Below are positions 8,439 to 18,118 of a stretch of 64,000 nucleotides of DNA, in pieces. The stretch lies in NCBI GenBank assembly GCA_050174015.1, contig JBFXKG010000003.1, forward strand, positions 179,988 through 243,987, written 5' to 3'. The DNA comes from Candidatus Krumholzibacteriia bacterium. GTDB taxonomy: Bacteria > Krumholzibacteriota > Krumholzibacteriia > LZORAL124-64-63. Position numbers and translations under genes: made by a program. Under the pieces are notes generated by a model. The model did no database searches and was not told where the DNA came from. It worked only from the letters and a program-made list of their open reading frames with translations. Each line of letters begins with the position of its first letter. Positions within the stretch are counted from its first letter, which is position 1.

Positions 8439-11129
8439 ATGCGACTCGCTCTGCGCTGCCCCCAGCCGGCCCTCGCGTTCATGGTCCTGTCGTTCCTGAT
8501 CGCCGGCCCTGCCGGCGCCGCAGACACCGAAACGGTCTCGGGACCCGGAACGGTGCGGGCGGTCCGTCTGGATGAACCGGTGGTCCTGGACGGTCTGCTC
8601 CTCGAGGACGCCTGGCAGGGGCCCGGGGAATCCCGCCTGGTCCAGAACGATCCCGTCAACGGGGTGGCTCCCCGCCACCGCACCGAGTTCTGGGTGGCGT
8701 ACGATGACGCCGCGGTCTTCGTCGCCGCGCGCATGCACGATTCGGCCCCCGACTCCATCGCGGCCCGTCTGGGCCGCCGGGACACCTGGCCCAGCTCCGA
8801 CTGGATCTACATCAACCTCGACACCTTCAACGACGACCGCAACGCCTTCTCGTTCTCGATCAATCCTGCAGGAGTGATCGGCGATTCCGCCCTCTACAAC
8901 GACGGTTGGGGGGACTCGACCTGGGACGGGGTCTGGGAGGCGGCCACGAACATCGACGGCCAGGGCTGGACCCTGGAAGTCCGTATCCCCTTTTCCCAGC
9001 TGAAATTCCCCGACACCGACCAGCAGGTCTGGGGCTTCAACTTCTCGCGGCGCATCCTGCGCTACAACGAACGGGACGACCTGTTCCACCTGCCCCGGGA
9101 CGAGGCGGGCTACGGCCGCCGGTTCCCCGACCTGGTGGGCATCTCAGGCGTCCGGCCGGGCAGCAAGGCCGAGGTCCGTGCCTACGGCCTGCTCAAGGGC
9201 GAGGCCCTCAACGTGGACCCGGGCGATCCCTTCCGTGAGGACCCCCAGCTGAGCGGCAACGCAGGCCTGGACGTCAAGACCGCCCTGTCGAACAACCTGA
9301 CGATGAACGCCACGGTGAACCCCGATTTCGGCCAGGTGGAGGTCGACCCCGCGGTGGTGAACCTCTCGGCCTACGAGACCTTCTTCGAGGAGAAGCGCCC
9401 GTTCTTCGTGGAGGACGCCAACATCTTCCGCTTCGGCGAGGAGGGGACCAGCAGCAACTGGAACTTCAACTGGATGAGCCCGCTGCTGTTCTACAGCCGC
9501 CGGGTGGGCCGGTATCCCCAGATCGGCATCGAGGGGAGCCCGGATTGGGAGGACGGCCCGCAGTCGACCACCATCCTCGGGGCGACCAAGATCAGCGGCA
9601 AGGTGGGGGACACCTCGGTCGGGGCCTTCACGGCGTTCACCGCCCGGGAGAAGGCGCACCTTCAGACCGACGGCCGGGAGCACGACCAGGTGGTCGAGCC
9701 GTTCACCAACTACTCGGTGGTGCGGGCCAAGCACGCCCGTCCCGACGGCAGCCGGGGGCTGGGATTCCTGGCCACCTCAACCGTCCGCAAGCTCGACGAC
9801 CCGGTCAGCCAGGCCGAGCTGGACAAGCGGTCGTTCACGGGCGGGATCGACGGCTGGACCCATCTGGACGAGGACGGCGTCTGGGCCCTGAAGGCGTACC
9901 TGGCCGGCAGCCATGTCACCGGCAGTCCCGAGGCCATCGACGCGTTGCAGACCTCCTCGCGCCACGCCTTCGACCGCCCCGGCGCCGACCACCTTTCCTA
10001 CGACCCCGGCTCGACGACGATGACCGGCTGGCAGGGGCGGGCGGCGGTGAACAAGGAGTCGGGCGACTGGCTGTTCAACTCCGCGGCGGGATACTCCTCG
10101 CCCGGTTACGAGATCAACGACGTCGGTTTCGCCTACTACACCGACGTGATCAACTGGTCGGTGGTGGGGGGGTACCGCTGGACCGAGCCGAACCGTCTCT
10201 TCCGCAACCAGAGCGTGAATCTGGCGACCTACAAGACCTGGGACACCGGCGGGACGCCGGACAACGGCGGCTTCGGCGCCTGGTACTGGGCCCAGTTCGC
10301 CAACTTCTGGAGCCTGGATGGGATGGTCTTCTTCAACCCGGAGCGCAACGACATCCGCGCCACCCGCGGCGGACCGGTGATGCGGGCGCCCGGCTACCGC
10401 GAATTCGACCTGAATCTCTCCTCGGACGGCCGGCGCAGCTGGTCGTGGAGCGTCGGAGGAGGAGCCTCCGGGGACGACGCGGGATCCCATTCGGGCTACG
10501 GTTCGCTCTCCCTGGAGGTGCATCCGGTGCAGGCTTTGGGAGTGACCCTGAGCCCGCGTTACCGCTGGTCGCAGGACGAGGCCCAGTATTACGACGTGGT
10601 CGCCGATCCGCTGATGGAATCCACCTTCGGCAAGCGCTACGTCTTCGCCGACCTGGAATACCGGCAGTTCTCCCTGGAGACGCGCATCGACTGGACCTTC
10701 ACGCCGAAGCTCACCCTGCAGACCTACGTCCAGCCGTTGTTCGCCTCCGGCGACTACAGCGACCTGAAGGAACTGGCCCGCCCCGGCACCTTCGACTTCA
10801 ACCGCTACGGGCAGGACGGAGGCTCGACGCTGGTCTACGACCCCCAGGGCGACGCCGACAACCCGTACCTGGTGACCCCTCCGGGCGGGTCCGGAGCCGA
10901 CGCCTTCCGCCTGGCCGACCAGGACTTCAACTTCAAGTCCCTGAAGATCAACCTCGTGCTGCGGTGGGAGTATGCCGCAGGCAGCACCTTCTTCTTCGTA
11001 TGGACCCAGGACCGGGCGAACCTGGACGACCCCGGACGGTTCGACCTGGGTCGCGACGTGCGCTCCCTGCTGGACGCCCCCGGCGAAGACATCTTCATGG
11101 TGAAGGTGTCGCAGTACTTCTCGCTGTGA
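8439..11129 (+). CDS. CBM9-like sugar-binding domain + DUF5916 outer-membrane protein
   Basis: Start ATG 8439 (SD gaaagg). LDGLLLEDAW, LDTFND, WDGVW...GWTLEVRIPFSQLKF, TVNPDFGQVEVD, FFEEKRPFF, FYSRRVG, NLVLRWEY motifs. Confidence 0.85.
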   Translation: MRLALRCPQPALAFMVLSFLIAGPAGAADTETVSGPGTVRAVRLDEPVVLDGLLLEDAWQGPGESRLVQNDPVNGVAPRHRTEFWVAYDDAAVFVAARMHDSAPDSIAARLGRRDTWPSSDWIYINLDTFNDDRNAFSFSINPAGVIGDSALYNDGWGDSTWDGVWEAATNIDGQGWTLEVRIPFSQLKFPDTDQQVWGFNFSRRILRYNERDDLFHLPRDEAGYGRRFPDLVGISGVRPGSKAEVRAYGLLKGEALNVDPGDPFREDPQLSGNAGLDVKTALSNNLTMNATVNPDFGQVEVDPAVVNLSAYETFFEEKRPFFVEDANIFRFGEEGTSSNWNFNWMSPLLFYSRRVGRYPQIGIEGSPDWEDGPQSTTILGATKISGKVGDTSVGAFTAFTAREKAHLQTDGREHDQVVEPFTNYSVVRAKHARPDGSRGLGFLATSTVRKLDDPVSQAELDKRSFTGGIDGWTHLDEDGVWALKAYLAGSHVTGSPEAIDALQTSSRHAFDRPGADHLSYDPGSTTMTGWQGRAAVNKESGDWLFNSAAGYSSPGYEINDVGFAYYTDVINWSVVGGYRWTEPNRLFRNQSVNLATYKTWDTGGTPDNGGFGAWYWAQFANFWSLDGMVFFNPERNDIRATRGGPVMRAPGYREFDLNLSSDGRRSWSWSVGGGASGDDAGSHSGYGSLSLEVHPVQALGVTLSPRYRWSQDEAQYYDVVADPLMESTFGKRYVFADLEYRQFSLETRIDWTFTPKLTLQTYVQPLFASGDYSDLKELARPGTFDFNRYGQDGGSTLVYDPQGDADNPYLVTPPGGSGADAFRLADQDFNFKSLKINLVLRWEYAAGSTFFFVWTQDRANLDDPGRFDLGRDVRSLLDAPGEDIFMVKVSQYFSL

Positions 11130-11134
11130 AGGAG

Positions 11135-13243
11135 TCAGAGCGCAAGGATGGCGACGGCAAGCAGGGCGGCCCCGGCGGCCGCCCCGCCCGGGCCCCACAG
11201 GGGGATCAGCACCAGGCCCGCCGTCAGCGAGCCCAGGGCGCTGCCCGCCAGGTCGGCGGCGATCAGCGGCGAAGCCGTCCGCCCGGGTGAGGTCCCCTGC
11301 GCCCGGCCCAGCAGGGCGAACGCCCAGCCCACAGCAGCGGCGCCGAGCATCAGCGTCGCACCGGCGGCGGGCAACGAGTCCAGCAGGCCGCGCTCCATCG
11401 CCCACCACGCCGCCAGGGCCGCCGCGGCGAGGCACACTGCCGGTCCCCGGATCCGGCCGGCGAAGGCGTCGGTCCCGCGCGCCCCCGCCGCCGACCCCAG
11501 GGCCATCCCCAGCATGAACAGGCAGAGCAGCAGGCCCAGGTCCTGGTAGAGGGCGCCGACGCGGACCTGGAAGTCCATCAGGACCGCGGCTTCCAGGGCC
11601 ATCCCGGCGGCGCCGATCGCGCCCATGGCCGCCCCGAGCCGCACCCGGGGATGCCGCCTGGCGAACCGGGCGACCACCGCCCAGGCGGCTGCGACCGCCC
11701 AGGTCCAGGGCGACCGGATGAAGTCCGCGGCGGTGAGGGACCCCGCCTCGACCCAGCCCACCTCCGGCCGGAACCGCGCAAACCACAGCAGCAGGGTGTG
11801 GCGGAAGCAGGCTGGCCGGGCGTCGGTGTTGGCGGAAACCTCGGCGGATGCCAGCAAGGAATCCATCTCCGCGAACCGGTCGTTGCCGTAGAGGTATTCC
11901 AGATAGGCGGGACTGATCAATCGGGTCTTCGTCCCGCGGGCCGTGAGCCGCTCGGCCGGGGTGGCGGCGTCGCGCGCCAGCGGTGCGGCCGAAGCCAGGA
12001 ACACGTCGACGGATCCCGGCACGACCACCACCGAGGCGAAGGTCCCTTCCAGGGCCCGCACGATGGCCGCGGCCCGCCGGATGCGCGCCGGCGTCCGGAC
12101 GTTCTCCGACCCTGTCAGCCGGAAGGCCAGGACCCCCCGGGGGGTCAGGGCGGCCCGGCACGCCGTGAAGAACTCCGCGGTGTAGTAACGGTTGGCCAGG
12201 GCGCTGTCGGGGTCGGGCATGCCCACCAGGACGAGATCCCAGCCGGCCTGTCCGGCCAGGTATCGCCGGGGATCGGCGACCACGGTGTCCAGTGCCGGGC
12301 CGGACGGGTTCGTCAGTTCCCGCAGCATGGCCAGCAGGACCGGGTCCCTCTCCACGTACATCACCGCTTGCGCGCGGAGCTTGCCCACCTCGTCGAGGAT
12401 GCCGGTCAACCCTCCGCCCAGCACGAGGATGCGGCGCGGGTCGTCGACCTGCAACGCCGCCAGCTGGACGAATTCCTCGGCCGCGGTGCCCTGGTTCTCG
12501 TAGGCGAGGGCGTCGTTGACGAAGAAGGCGAGCTGGCCCCGGCGGCCCTCGGCGGTGATGCGGCCGTAGGGCGTGTCCCGCACGGCCAGCAGGTCGGGAT
12601 GGTTCCAGCGGGTGGTCGCCCGGTCGAGGGCGGGGGACAGGAGGAGACCGACAACCAGCAGAAGGCAAGCGGCGACGCCGGCGATCCGCGCCTTCGCCTG
12701 GCGTCCGATCGCGCAGGCCCCTGCGGCGATCACCCCGCAGACCATCCCCTGGGTCAGGTTGCCCAGGCCGGCCGCGACGAAACCGGTGGCCGCCGCGCCG
12801 CCGGCGAGGGCTCCCGCGCATTCGGCGGCGTAGGCGGCGCCCAGGGTGCGGCCGCCGGCGACCGCGCCGCGTGCGGCCAGGGCGAAGACGAGGCCCGAGA
12901 TCAGGGCGGCAGGCACGAGGATGGTTGCCATGGCAACCATCTGACCGGAAAAGGGAAGATAGGCCCCGGGAACGGCTCCCCAGATCCCCCGGACCGCCCG
13001 CGCCCATACGACCAGGCCAGGGACGAGGAGCCCGAAAACCAACAGGAACACGGGCGCGACAAGCAGGGCCCCACCCCGCAACCGGCCCGCCGCCGCCGCA
13101 CCCAGCCCGGTCCCCAGCAGCCACAAACCGATCCCCAGCAGGATCACCAACTCGCTGCCGAAGAAGGCGATCGTGACCTCGCGCAGCAGGATCACCTGAC
13201 CCAGCAGCGAGACCGAGCCCAGGACCGCGAGCAACGCCATCAT
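11135..13243 (-). CDS. Fused membrane (MFS-like TM blocks)/spermidine-synthase-like protein
   Basis: Start ATG 13243 overlaps the upstream stop (ATGA). N-terminal TM block (GQVILLRE...GSEL), central SAM-binding fold (DTPYGRI, ILVLGGG, VERDP, PDP...NRYYTAEFF...GVL), C-terminal TM block (ADLAGSALG). Confidence 0.8.
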   Translation of the reverse strand: MMALLAVLGSVSLLGQVILLREVTIAFFGSELVILLGIGLWLLGTGLGAAAAGRLRGGALLVAPVFLLVFGLLVPGLVVWARAVRGIWGAVPGAYLPFSGQMVAMATILVPAALISGLVFALAARGAVAGGRTLGAAYAAECAGALAGGAAATGFVAAGLGNLTQGMVCGVIAAGACAIGRQAKARIAGVAACLLLVVGLLLSPALDRATTRWNHPDLLAVRDTPYGRITAEGRRGQLAFFVNDALAYENQGTAAEEFVQLAALQVDDPRRILVLGGGLTGILDEVGKLRAQAVMYVERDPVLLAMLRELTNPSGPALDTVVADPRRYLAGQAGWDLVLVGMPDPDSALANRYYTAEFFTACRAALTPRGVLAFRLTGSENVRTPARIRRAAAIVRALEGTFASVVVVPGSVDVFLASAAPLARDAATPAERLTARGTKTRLISPAYLEYLYGNDRFAEMDSLLASAEVSANTDARPACFRHTLLLWFARFRPEVGWVEAGSLTAADFIRSPWTWAVAAAWAVVARFARRHPRVRLGAAMGAIGAAGMALEAAVLMDFQVRVGALYQDLGLLLCLFMLGMALGSAAGARGTDAFAGRIRGPAVCLAAAALAAWWAMERGLLDSLPAAGATLMLGAAAVGWAFALLGRAQGTSPGRTASPLIAADLAGSALGSLTAGLVLIPLWGPGGAAAGAALLAVAILAL

Positions 13244-14778
13244 CGCCGGGGCAGGTCGTGCTCGCCGAATACCTCGGCCTGGAACACCGACAGCTGGGCG
13301 CCCGAGCGCCAGGCGTCGGCGGGCAGACCGGCCTTCAAGCTCAGCTGCCGGAGGAGGGTCTCGCGGTCCCAGCCCTGCTCCGTGGCCACCTGGGGCAGGA
13401 AGACCGCGGACCGGTCCCCCTTGCGCAGCACCACGCCGTCGCGGCCGACCACCACGGCCTCGGGTCCGGAAACCGCGCGGAACGGCGTCAGCACCGAGAT
13501 CTCGATCTCCAGGTCGTCCGCCTCGCGCATGGTGACGGGATCGAACCTGCGGTCGTTGAAGGCGGCCTGGATGGCCATGGCTCCGACCACCTGTCCCAGC
13601 GGCATGTCCTCGGTCATGTGGCCGATGCATCCCCTCAGTTGTCCACGCTTCTTGAGGGTGACGAAGGCGCCCTGCTGCCGCCACAGGACGGGCGAAACGC
13701 TCCGGAAAAGCGGGGCCGTCTCCGAATCGAGGTATTGCCGGATGGTCGCGCGCGCGAACTCCAGCAGGGCGCGGCGATCGCCGTCCTTCAGCTCCGTTTC
13801 CGCAGGCGCGGGCTCCACGGGCGACAAAGCGGCGGTGTCGGCCTCGCCGGCTCCGGGCAGGATGGCGACCGACCCGTATCCCACGCAGCGGCTGCGGTCG
13901 CCGACCGCCGTGTCGCCGCTGTTGGCGTAGCTGAGCGCCGCCGCGTGGCCCGCGCCCAGCAGGCTGGCCGCCGTCAGGGCGATCACGATGGGGCCTTCCC
14001 CGCAGGCGCAGGTCGCGAGGTCGGCGCGGCTGGATCGCATCTGCTTCCCGATGGTCCGCCGCACCTCCGTGGGATCCAGCGTGGCCACGGCCGCCAGGAC
14101 GGCCCGATCGCTCGCACAGGCCTCGGCGTGGGGGGGATAGTGGGAAAGGTCGCTGCTGGCGATGATCAGCGGCTTCCGACCCTCGAGGGCGGAGGGGAGG
14201 GCTCGGGCGAAGGCGTCCCACAATTTTTCATCATGGCCGCCGACCACCACCGGCACGATGGGCACTCCGGGCAGGACGGTCTGCACGAAGGGAACCTGGA
14301 CCTCGACCGAGTGCTCCGCCGAATCGGCCCGCGGTTCGTAGGCGAATCGCTTGTCGGCGCGGCGCAAGGCGTCGGCCAGCGTCCGGTCGCAGGACGCCGT
14401 CCCCAGGGGCGTGCGGTAGCCGGGGCCGTCGTAGACCGAGATCCCCTGGAACCCGGACGCCTTGTGGTTCACGCCCAGGATCACCACCACGTCGTAATCG
14501 CCGCCCTCTGCCTGCCGGTAGCCGTCGGCGGCGATCTGGCCCGAGAAGACGTACCCCGCGTGGGGGACGATCAGGGCAAGGGGCCTTTCGTGCCGCGCAG
14601 GCACGGCGCGGTCGAGGAAGGCCCGCACCGCCATCCTCAGGGCGCCGGGCTCTCCGGGATAGAAGGTCCCGGCGACCGCCGCCGGGCGCACCTTGCCTGC
14701 GGCGAAGGTCGGTTCACCGAAGTTCGTCAGGATCGACATGGCCAGCACGCTCCAGGTCAGGATGGACCGCGACGTCAT
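13240..14778 (-). CDS. amrB: AmmeMemoRadiSam system protein B (Memo)-protein A (AMMECR1) fusion with N-terminal signal-like peptide
   Basis: Memo motifs RPAAVAGTFYP, PHAGYVFSG, EHSVEVQVPF, SSDLSHY, CACG; AMMECR1 motifs GAFVTL...LRGCIG, EISVLTP, FLPQVATEQGW, KAGL. Start overlaps the amrS stop (TGATG); alternative start 14787. Confidence 0.9.
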   Translation of the reverse strand: MTSRSILTWSVLAMSILTNFGEPTFAAGKVRPAAVAGTFYPGEPGALRMAVRAFLDRAVPARHERPLALIVPHAGYVFSGQIAADGYRQAEGGDYDVVVILGVNHKASGFQGISVYDGPGYRTPLGTASCDRTLADALRRADKRFAYEPRADSAEHSVEVQVPFVQTVLPGVPIVPVVVGGHDEKLWDAFARALPSALEGRKPLIIASSDLSHYPPHAEACASDRAVLAAVATLDPTEVRRTIGKQMRSSRADLATCACGEGPIVIALTAASLLGAGHAAALSYANSGDTAVGDRSRCVGYGSVAILPGAGEADTAALSPVEPAPAETELKDGDRRALLEFARATIRQYLDSETAPLFRSVSPVLWRQQGAFVTLKKRGQLRGCIGHMTEDMPLGQVVGAMAIQAAFNDRRFDPVTMREADDLEIEISVLTPFRAVSGPEAVVVGRDGVVLRKGDRSAVFLPQVATEQGWDRETLLRQLSLKAGLPADAWRSGAQLSVFQAEVFGEHDLPRR

Positions 14779-16034
14779 CAGCTCCATACTCCCGCAATGG
14801 GCGCGCCGCAGAACCCGCAGGATCCGCCGCGCACGTGATTGTTCTCGATCAGGAATCCCCGCCGCCGGATGACCACCTTCCCGCAACCCGGACAGTACGT
14901 GTGGTTCCCTTCGTGTCCCGGCACGTTGCCCACGTAGGGGTGATGGATGCCGGCGGCCAGGGCGGCCTCGCGTGCCCGCTCGAGCGTCTCGACCGGAGTG
15001 GGCGGCAGGTGTTGCAGCTGATAGTCCGGATGGAAGCGGGTGAAGTGCACCGGCACGTCGGGGCCTACTTCCCCGACGACCCAGCGGCAGAGCTCGTCCA
15101 GCATGGCGGGGGAGTCGTTCAGGGTGGGCACCACCAGGTTCACCAGCTCCAGGTGGACGCCGCACCGCGACGCCTGGCGGATGCTCCGCAGGACCGGATC
15201 GAGCTCCGCCGAACAGACCTTGCGGTAGAAGTCGGGGCTGAACCCCTTGAGGTCGATCTTCAGGGCGTCCAGGCACCCGCACAGTTCGCGCAGCGGCGCC
15301 TCGTTCATGAACCCGCAGCTGATCATCGCGGTCCGCAGTCCCCGGGCGCGCGCCAGATCGGCGATGTCGATCAGGTACTCGATGAACACCGTCGGTTCGT
15401 TGTAGGTGAAGGCGATCACCGGGGCGCTGCGACCGACGGCCCCCTGGACCATGCGAGCGGGTTCGACGACGTCGCCGGGATTGTCCTCGGGCCGGGCCTG
15501 GCTGATCTCCCAGTTCTGGCAGAACAGGCAGTGCAGGGCGCAGCCCACCGTGGCCAGGCTGAACGCCGTGCTGCCGGGCAGGAAGTGGTAGAGGGGTTTC
15601 TTCTCGATGGGATCGGTATGGATGGCCGCCGGCCGCCCGTACACCAGGGTCCTCAGCTCCCCGCCGTGGTTGTAACGCGCGTTGCAGCGGCCGCGTCCCC
15701 CGGAAGGGATCACGCAGCCCTGGGCGCAGAGCAGGCACCGGACGGTGCGGGGGTCCTCGTGCTCGTGGGCGGCCGAGACGTCGAAATCCGGGGCCGGATG
15801 ACAGGCGCGACAATCGGCGTCGGCGGAGACGGCGCTGGTCCAGTAGCGGGCGCGGGGGGCCGTACGGATGATCTCGTCGAGGACGCGGGCGGCCACCGCG
15901 TCCCCGTTTCCCATGGCGGTGAAGAGGCGGCCGAGGCCGGCGGGATCCAGGACGATCCCTGCTGCACCGATCCCCAGGCCGAGCCGTGCGGCGAGGTCCA
16001 GGAAGCGGCGGCGGGACATGGCGGCCGGATGCAT
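14778..16034 (-). CDS. amrS: AmmeMemoRadiSam radical SAM enzyme with twin-arginine signal-like N-terminus
   Basis: CLLCAQGC...GRC, DPIEKKPLYHFLPG, radical SAM CALHCLFCQNWEISQ, FTYNEP, IDLKGF, HFTRFHPDY, YVGNV, TYCPGCG. N-terminal SRRRFL plus hydrophobic stretch. SD GAGGTG precedes ATG 16034. Confidence 0.92.
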   Translation of the reverse strand: MHPAAMSRRRFLDLAARLGLGIGAAGIVLDPAGLGRLFTAMGNGDAVAARVLDEIIRTAPRARYWTSAVSADADCRACHPAPDFDVSAAHEHEDPRTVRCLLCAQGCVIPSGGRGRCNARYNHGGELRTLVYGRPAAIHTDPIEKKPLYHFLPGSTAFSLATVGCALHCLFCQNWEISQARPEDNPGDVVEPARMVQGAVGRSAPVIAFTYNEPTVFIEYLIDIADLARARGLRTAMISCGFMNEAPLRELCGCLDALKIDLKGFSPDFYRKVCSAELDPVLRSIRQASRCGVHLELVNLVVPTLNDSPAMLDELCRWVVGEVGPDVPVHFTRFHPDYQLQHLPPTPVETLERAREAALAAGIHHPYVGNVPGHEGNHTYCPGCGKVVIRRRGFLIENNHVRGGSCGFCGAPIAGVWS

Positions 16035-16187
16035 GATCACACCTCGGATCCATCATAGCGCAGCAGGACCGGCGGGGCAATCGGACCTGTCGGCCGTGGA
16101 CCGGTCGACGGGCCCGCAGGAATGGGCTTGCCGGGGAACGGGTTCCCGCGCAGAGTCGTGTCCGGATTCCAGAGGTGAGGTGCAGCC

Positions 16188-17432
16188 ATGGGTGAGCGCG
16201 TGATCGTCGTCGGCGCCGGAGTGATGGGACTGAGCGCGGCCCGCCATCTCCAGCGCCGGGGCTTCGAGGTCGTGGTCCTGGAGGAAGACACCGGGATCGG
16301 CGGTTCGGCGTCCGGCGGCAACGCCGGCATCCTGGCCTTCGGCCACCTTCCCCTGCCCCGGCCGGGCCTGGCCCGCAAGGCCGTGCGCTGGATGCTGGAT
16401 CCCGAATCGCCCCTCTACGTGCCGCCGCGCTGGGACCCCGGGCTCTGGGGGTGGTTCCTGGACTTCCAGCGGGCCTGCAACACCGCACGGGTGAAGGCGT
16501 GCATGGACACCCTGGGACCGCTGGGCCGTCTGGCCCTCGCCGAGTGGCGGGAGCTGTCGGAAAGATACGGTTTCGCAGGGGGTCTCCGGCCTGCCGGGTG
16601 GCTCAACGTCTACCGCACCGAGGCCGGCCGCCGGGAGGCCGAGCATGAGGCGGACGAGGCCCGCCGCTACGGTTTCGCTGCCGTTACCCTCGATGCCGCC
16701 CATCTGGCTGACCGGGAGCCCGCCTTCGCCGGCGGCGTCCTGGGGGCGGTCCACTATCCCGAGAGCATCGGGATCGACCCGGCGGCCTGCATGCGGGCCC
16801 TGGCCGCCGGCCTTCAGGACGACGGGGTGGAGATCCGCACCGGCGCTGGGGTCGAACGCCTCCTGGTGAAGGACGGCCGCTGTCTCGGGGTGCGCCTGCG
16901 GTCGGGGGAGGAGAATGTTGCCGGATCGACCATCCTGGCGGCGGGCGTGTGGTCGGACGGCCTGGCCCGCCAGGCGGGACTGCGCCTGCCCCAGCAGGGC
17001 GGCAAGGGGTATCATCTCGACCTGGAACACCCGCAGGTTCGCCTGAAGACCCCCGCGGTTCTCACCGAAGTCTTCGTGGCGGTCAACCCGCTGCCGGACC
17101 GCCTGCGCCTGGCCGGCACGGTCGAGTTCTCGGGCACCAACCGCCGCCTGCGCCGCCGCCGGCTTGAGATGCTCGCCCGCGGGGCCGAGGGGTGGTTCGC
17201 GGGGCTGGAGGGCGCCCGGCGCCTCGGCGAAGGCTGCGACCTGCGTCCCTGTCTCGCCGACGGCCTGCTCGCGGTGGGCCGGGCCCCGAGGGTACGGGGC
17301 CTGTTCATCCTGGCGGGCGGGGCCAAGGTGGGCATGACCCTGGGGCCCGCCTGCGGCCGGCTGGTCGCGGCCTGCCTCGCGGGAGAGGATCCGCCCATCG
17401 ACATGAAGCCCCTGGATCCGGGCCGTTTCTGA
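16188..17432 (+). CDS. FAD-dependent oxidoreductase, D-amino acid dehydrogenase (DadA/DAO) family
   Basis: VIVVGAGVMG Rossmann motif, ASGGNAG, LAAGVWS, GKGY, LRLAGTVE, LRP, GMTLGP. Confidence 0.88.
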   Translation: MGERVIVVGAGVMGLSAARHLQRRGFEVVVLEEDTGIGGSASGGNAGILAFGHLPLPRPGLARKAVRWMLDPESPLYVPPRWDPGLWGWFLDFQRACNTARVKACMDTLGPLGRLALAEWRELSERYGFAGGLRPAGWLNVYRTEAGRREAEHEADEARRYGFAAVTLDAAHLADREPAFAGGVLGAVHYPESIGIDPAACMRALAAGLQDDGVEIRTGAGVERLLVKDGRCLGVRLRSGEENVAGSTILAAGVWSDGLARQAGLRLPQQGGKGYHLDLEHPQVRLKTPAVLTEVFVAVNPLPDRLRLAGTVEFSGTNRRLRRRRLEMLARGAEGWFAGLEGARRLGEGCDLRPCLADGLLAVGRAPRVRGLFILAGGAKVGMTLGPACGRLVAACLAGEDPPIDMKPLDPGRF

Positions 17433-17456
17433 CCCGAGGGGAGGATTCCGGCAGCC

Positions 17457-18104
17457 ATGTTCGATCCACAGCTTTTCAGCCCGCACACCTGGCGCCTGCC
17501 CTCGGTCCTCGTCCTGGTCCTTGCCAACACCCTCCCGCTGTTGGGAGTGCTGCTGCTGGGCTGGGAGGCGTTCCCCATCCTGTTCCTGTTCTGGGCCGAG
17601 GGCGTGATCATCGGAGCCTATCATGTCCTGAGGATGCTGGCGGCGCGCCCGGCCGAGTGGGGCCACTGGGTCATGAAGGTCTTCCTGGTGCCCTTCTTCT
17701 TCGTCCACTACGGGATGTTCGCCGCGGGCCACGTCACCTTCCTGATCCAGCTCTTCGGGGGCGAGGGACGCTCCGACCCCGGATTCCCGCCGGACCCCGC
17801 AGTCCTGCTGGGAATCATCGAGCGGCACCACCTGGCCTGGCCGGTCGCGGCTTTCGTGGTCAGCCACGGCGTTTCCTTCTTCGTCAATTACCTGGGCAAG
17901 GGAGAATTCCGGCGCATGGTCCCGGTGGTGATGATGATGACCCCCTACGCGCGCGTGATGGTCATGCACCTGACGCTGTTCGCGGGGGGATTCCTCATGA
18001 TGAGGGCCGGCGACCCCGCCGGGGGTCTGGTGGCCCTGGTGGTCCTCAAGACGATCCTGGATCTGGCGGCCCACCTGCGGGAGCGCCGCAAGCTGGGACG
18101 CTGA
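17457..18104 (+). CDS. Integral membrane protein, DUF6498-like
   Basis: LANTLPLLGVLLLGW...FWAE, FFFVHYGMF, SHGVSF, PYARVMVMH, LKTILDL motifs. Confidence 0.75.
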   Translation: MFDPQLFSPHTWRLPSVLVLVLANTLPLLGVLLLGWEAFPILFLFWAEGVIIGAYHVLRMLAARPAEWGHWVMKVFLVPFFFVHYGMFAAGHVTFLIQLFGGEGRSDPGFPPDPAVLLGIIERHHLAWPVAAFVVSHGVSFFVNYLGKGEFRRMVPVVMMMTPYARVMVMHLTLFAGGFLMMRAGDPAGGLVALVVLKTILDLAAHLRERRKLGR

Positions 18105-18118
18105 ACCTCCCGCGCAGG

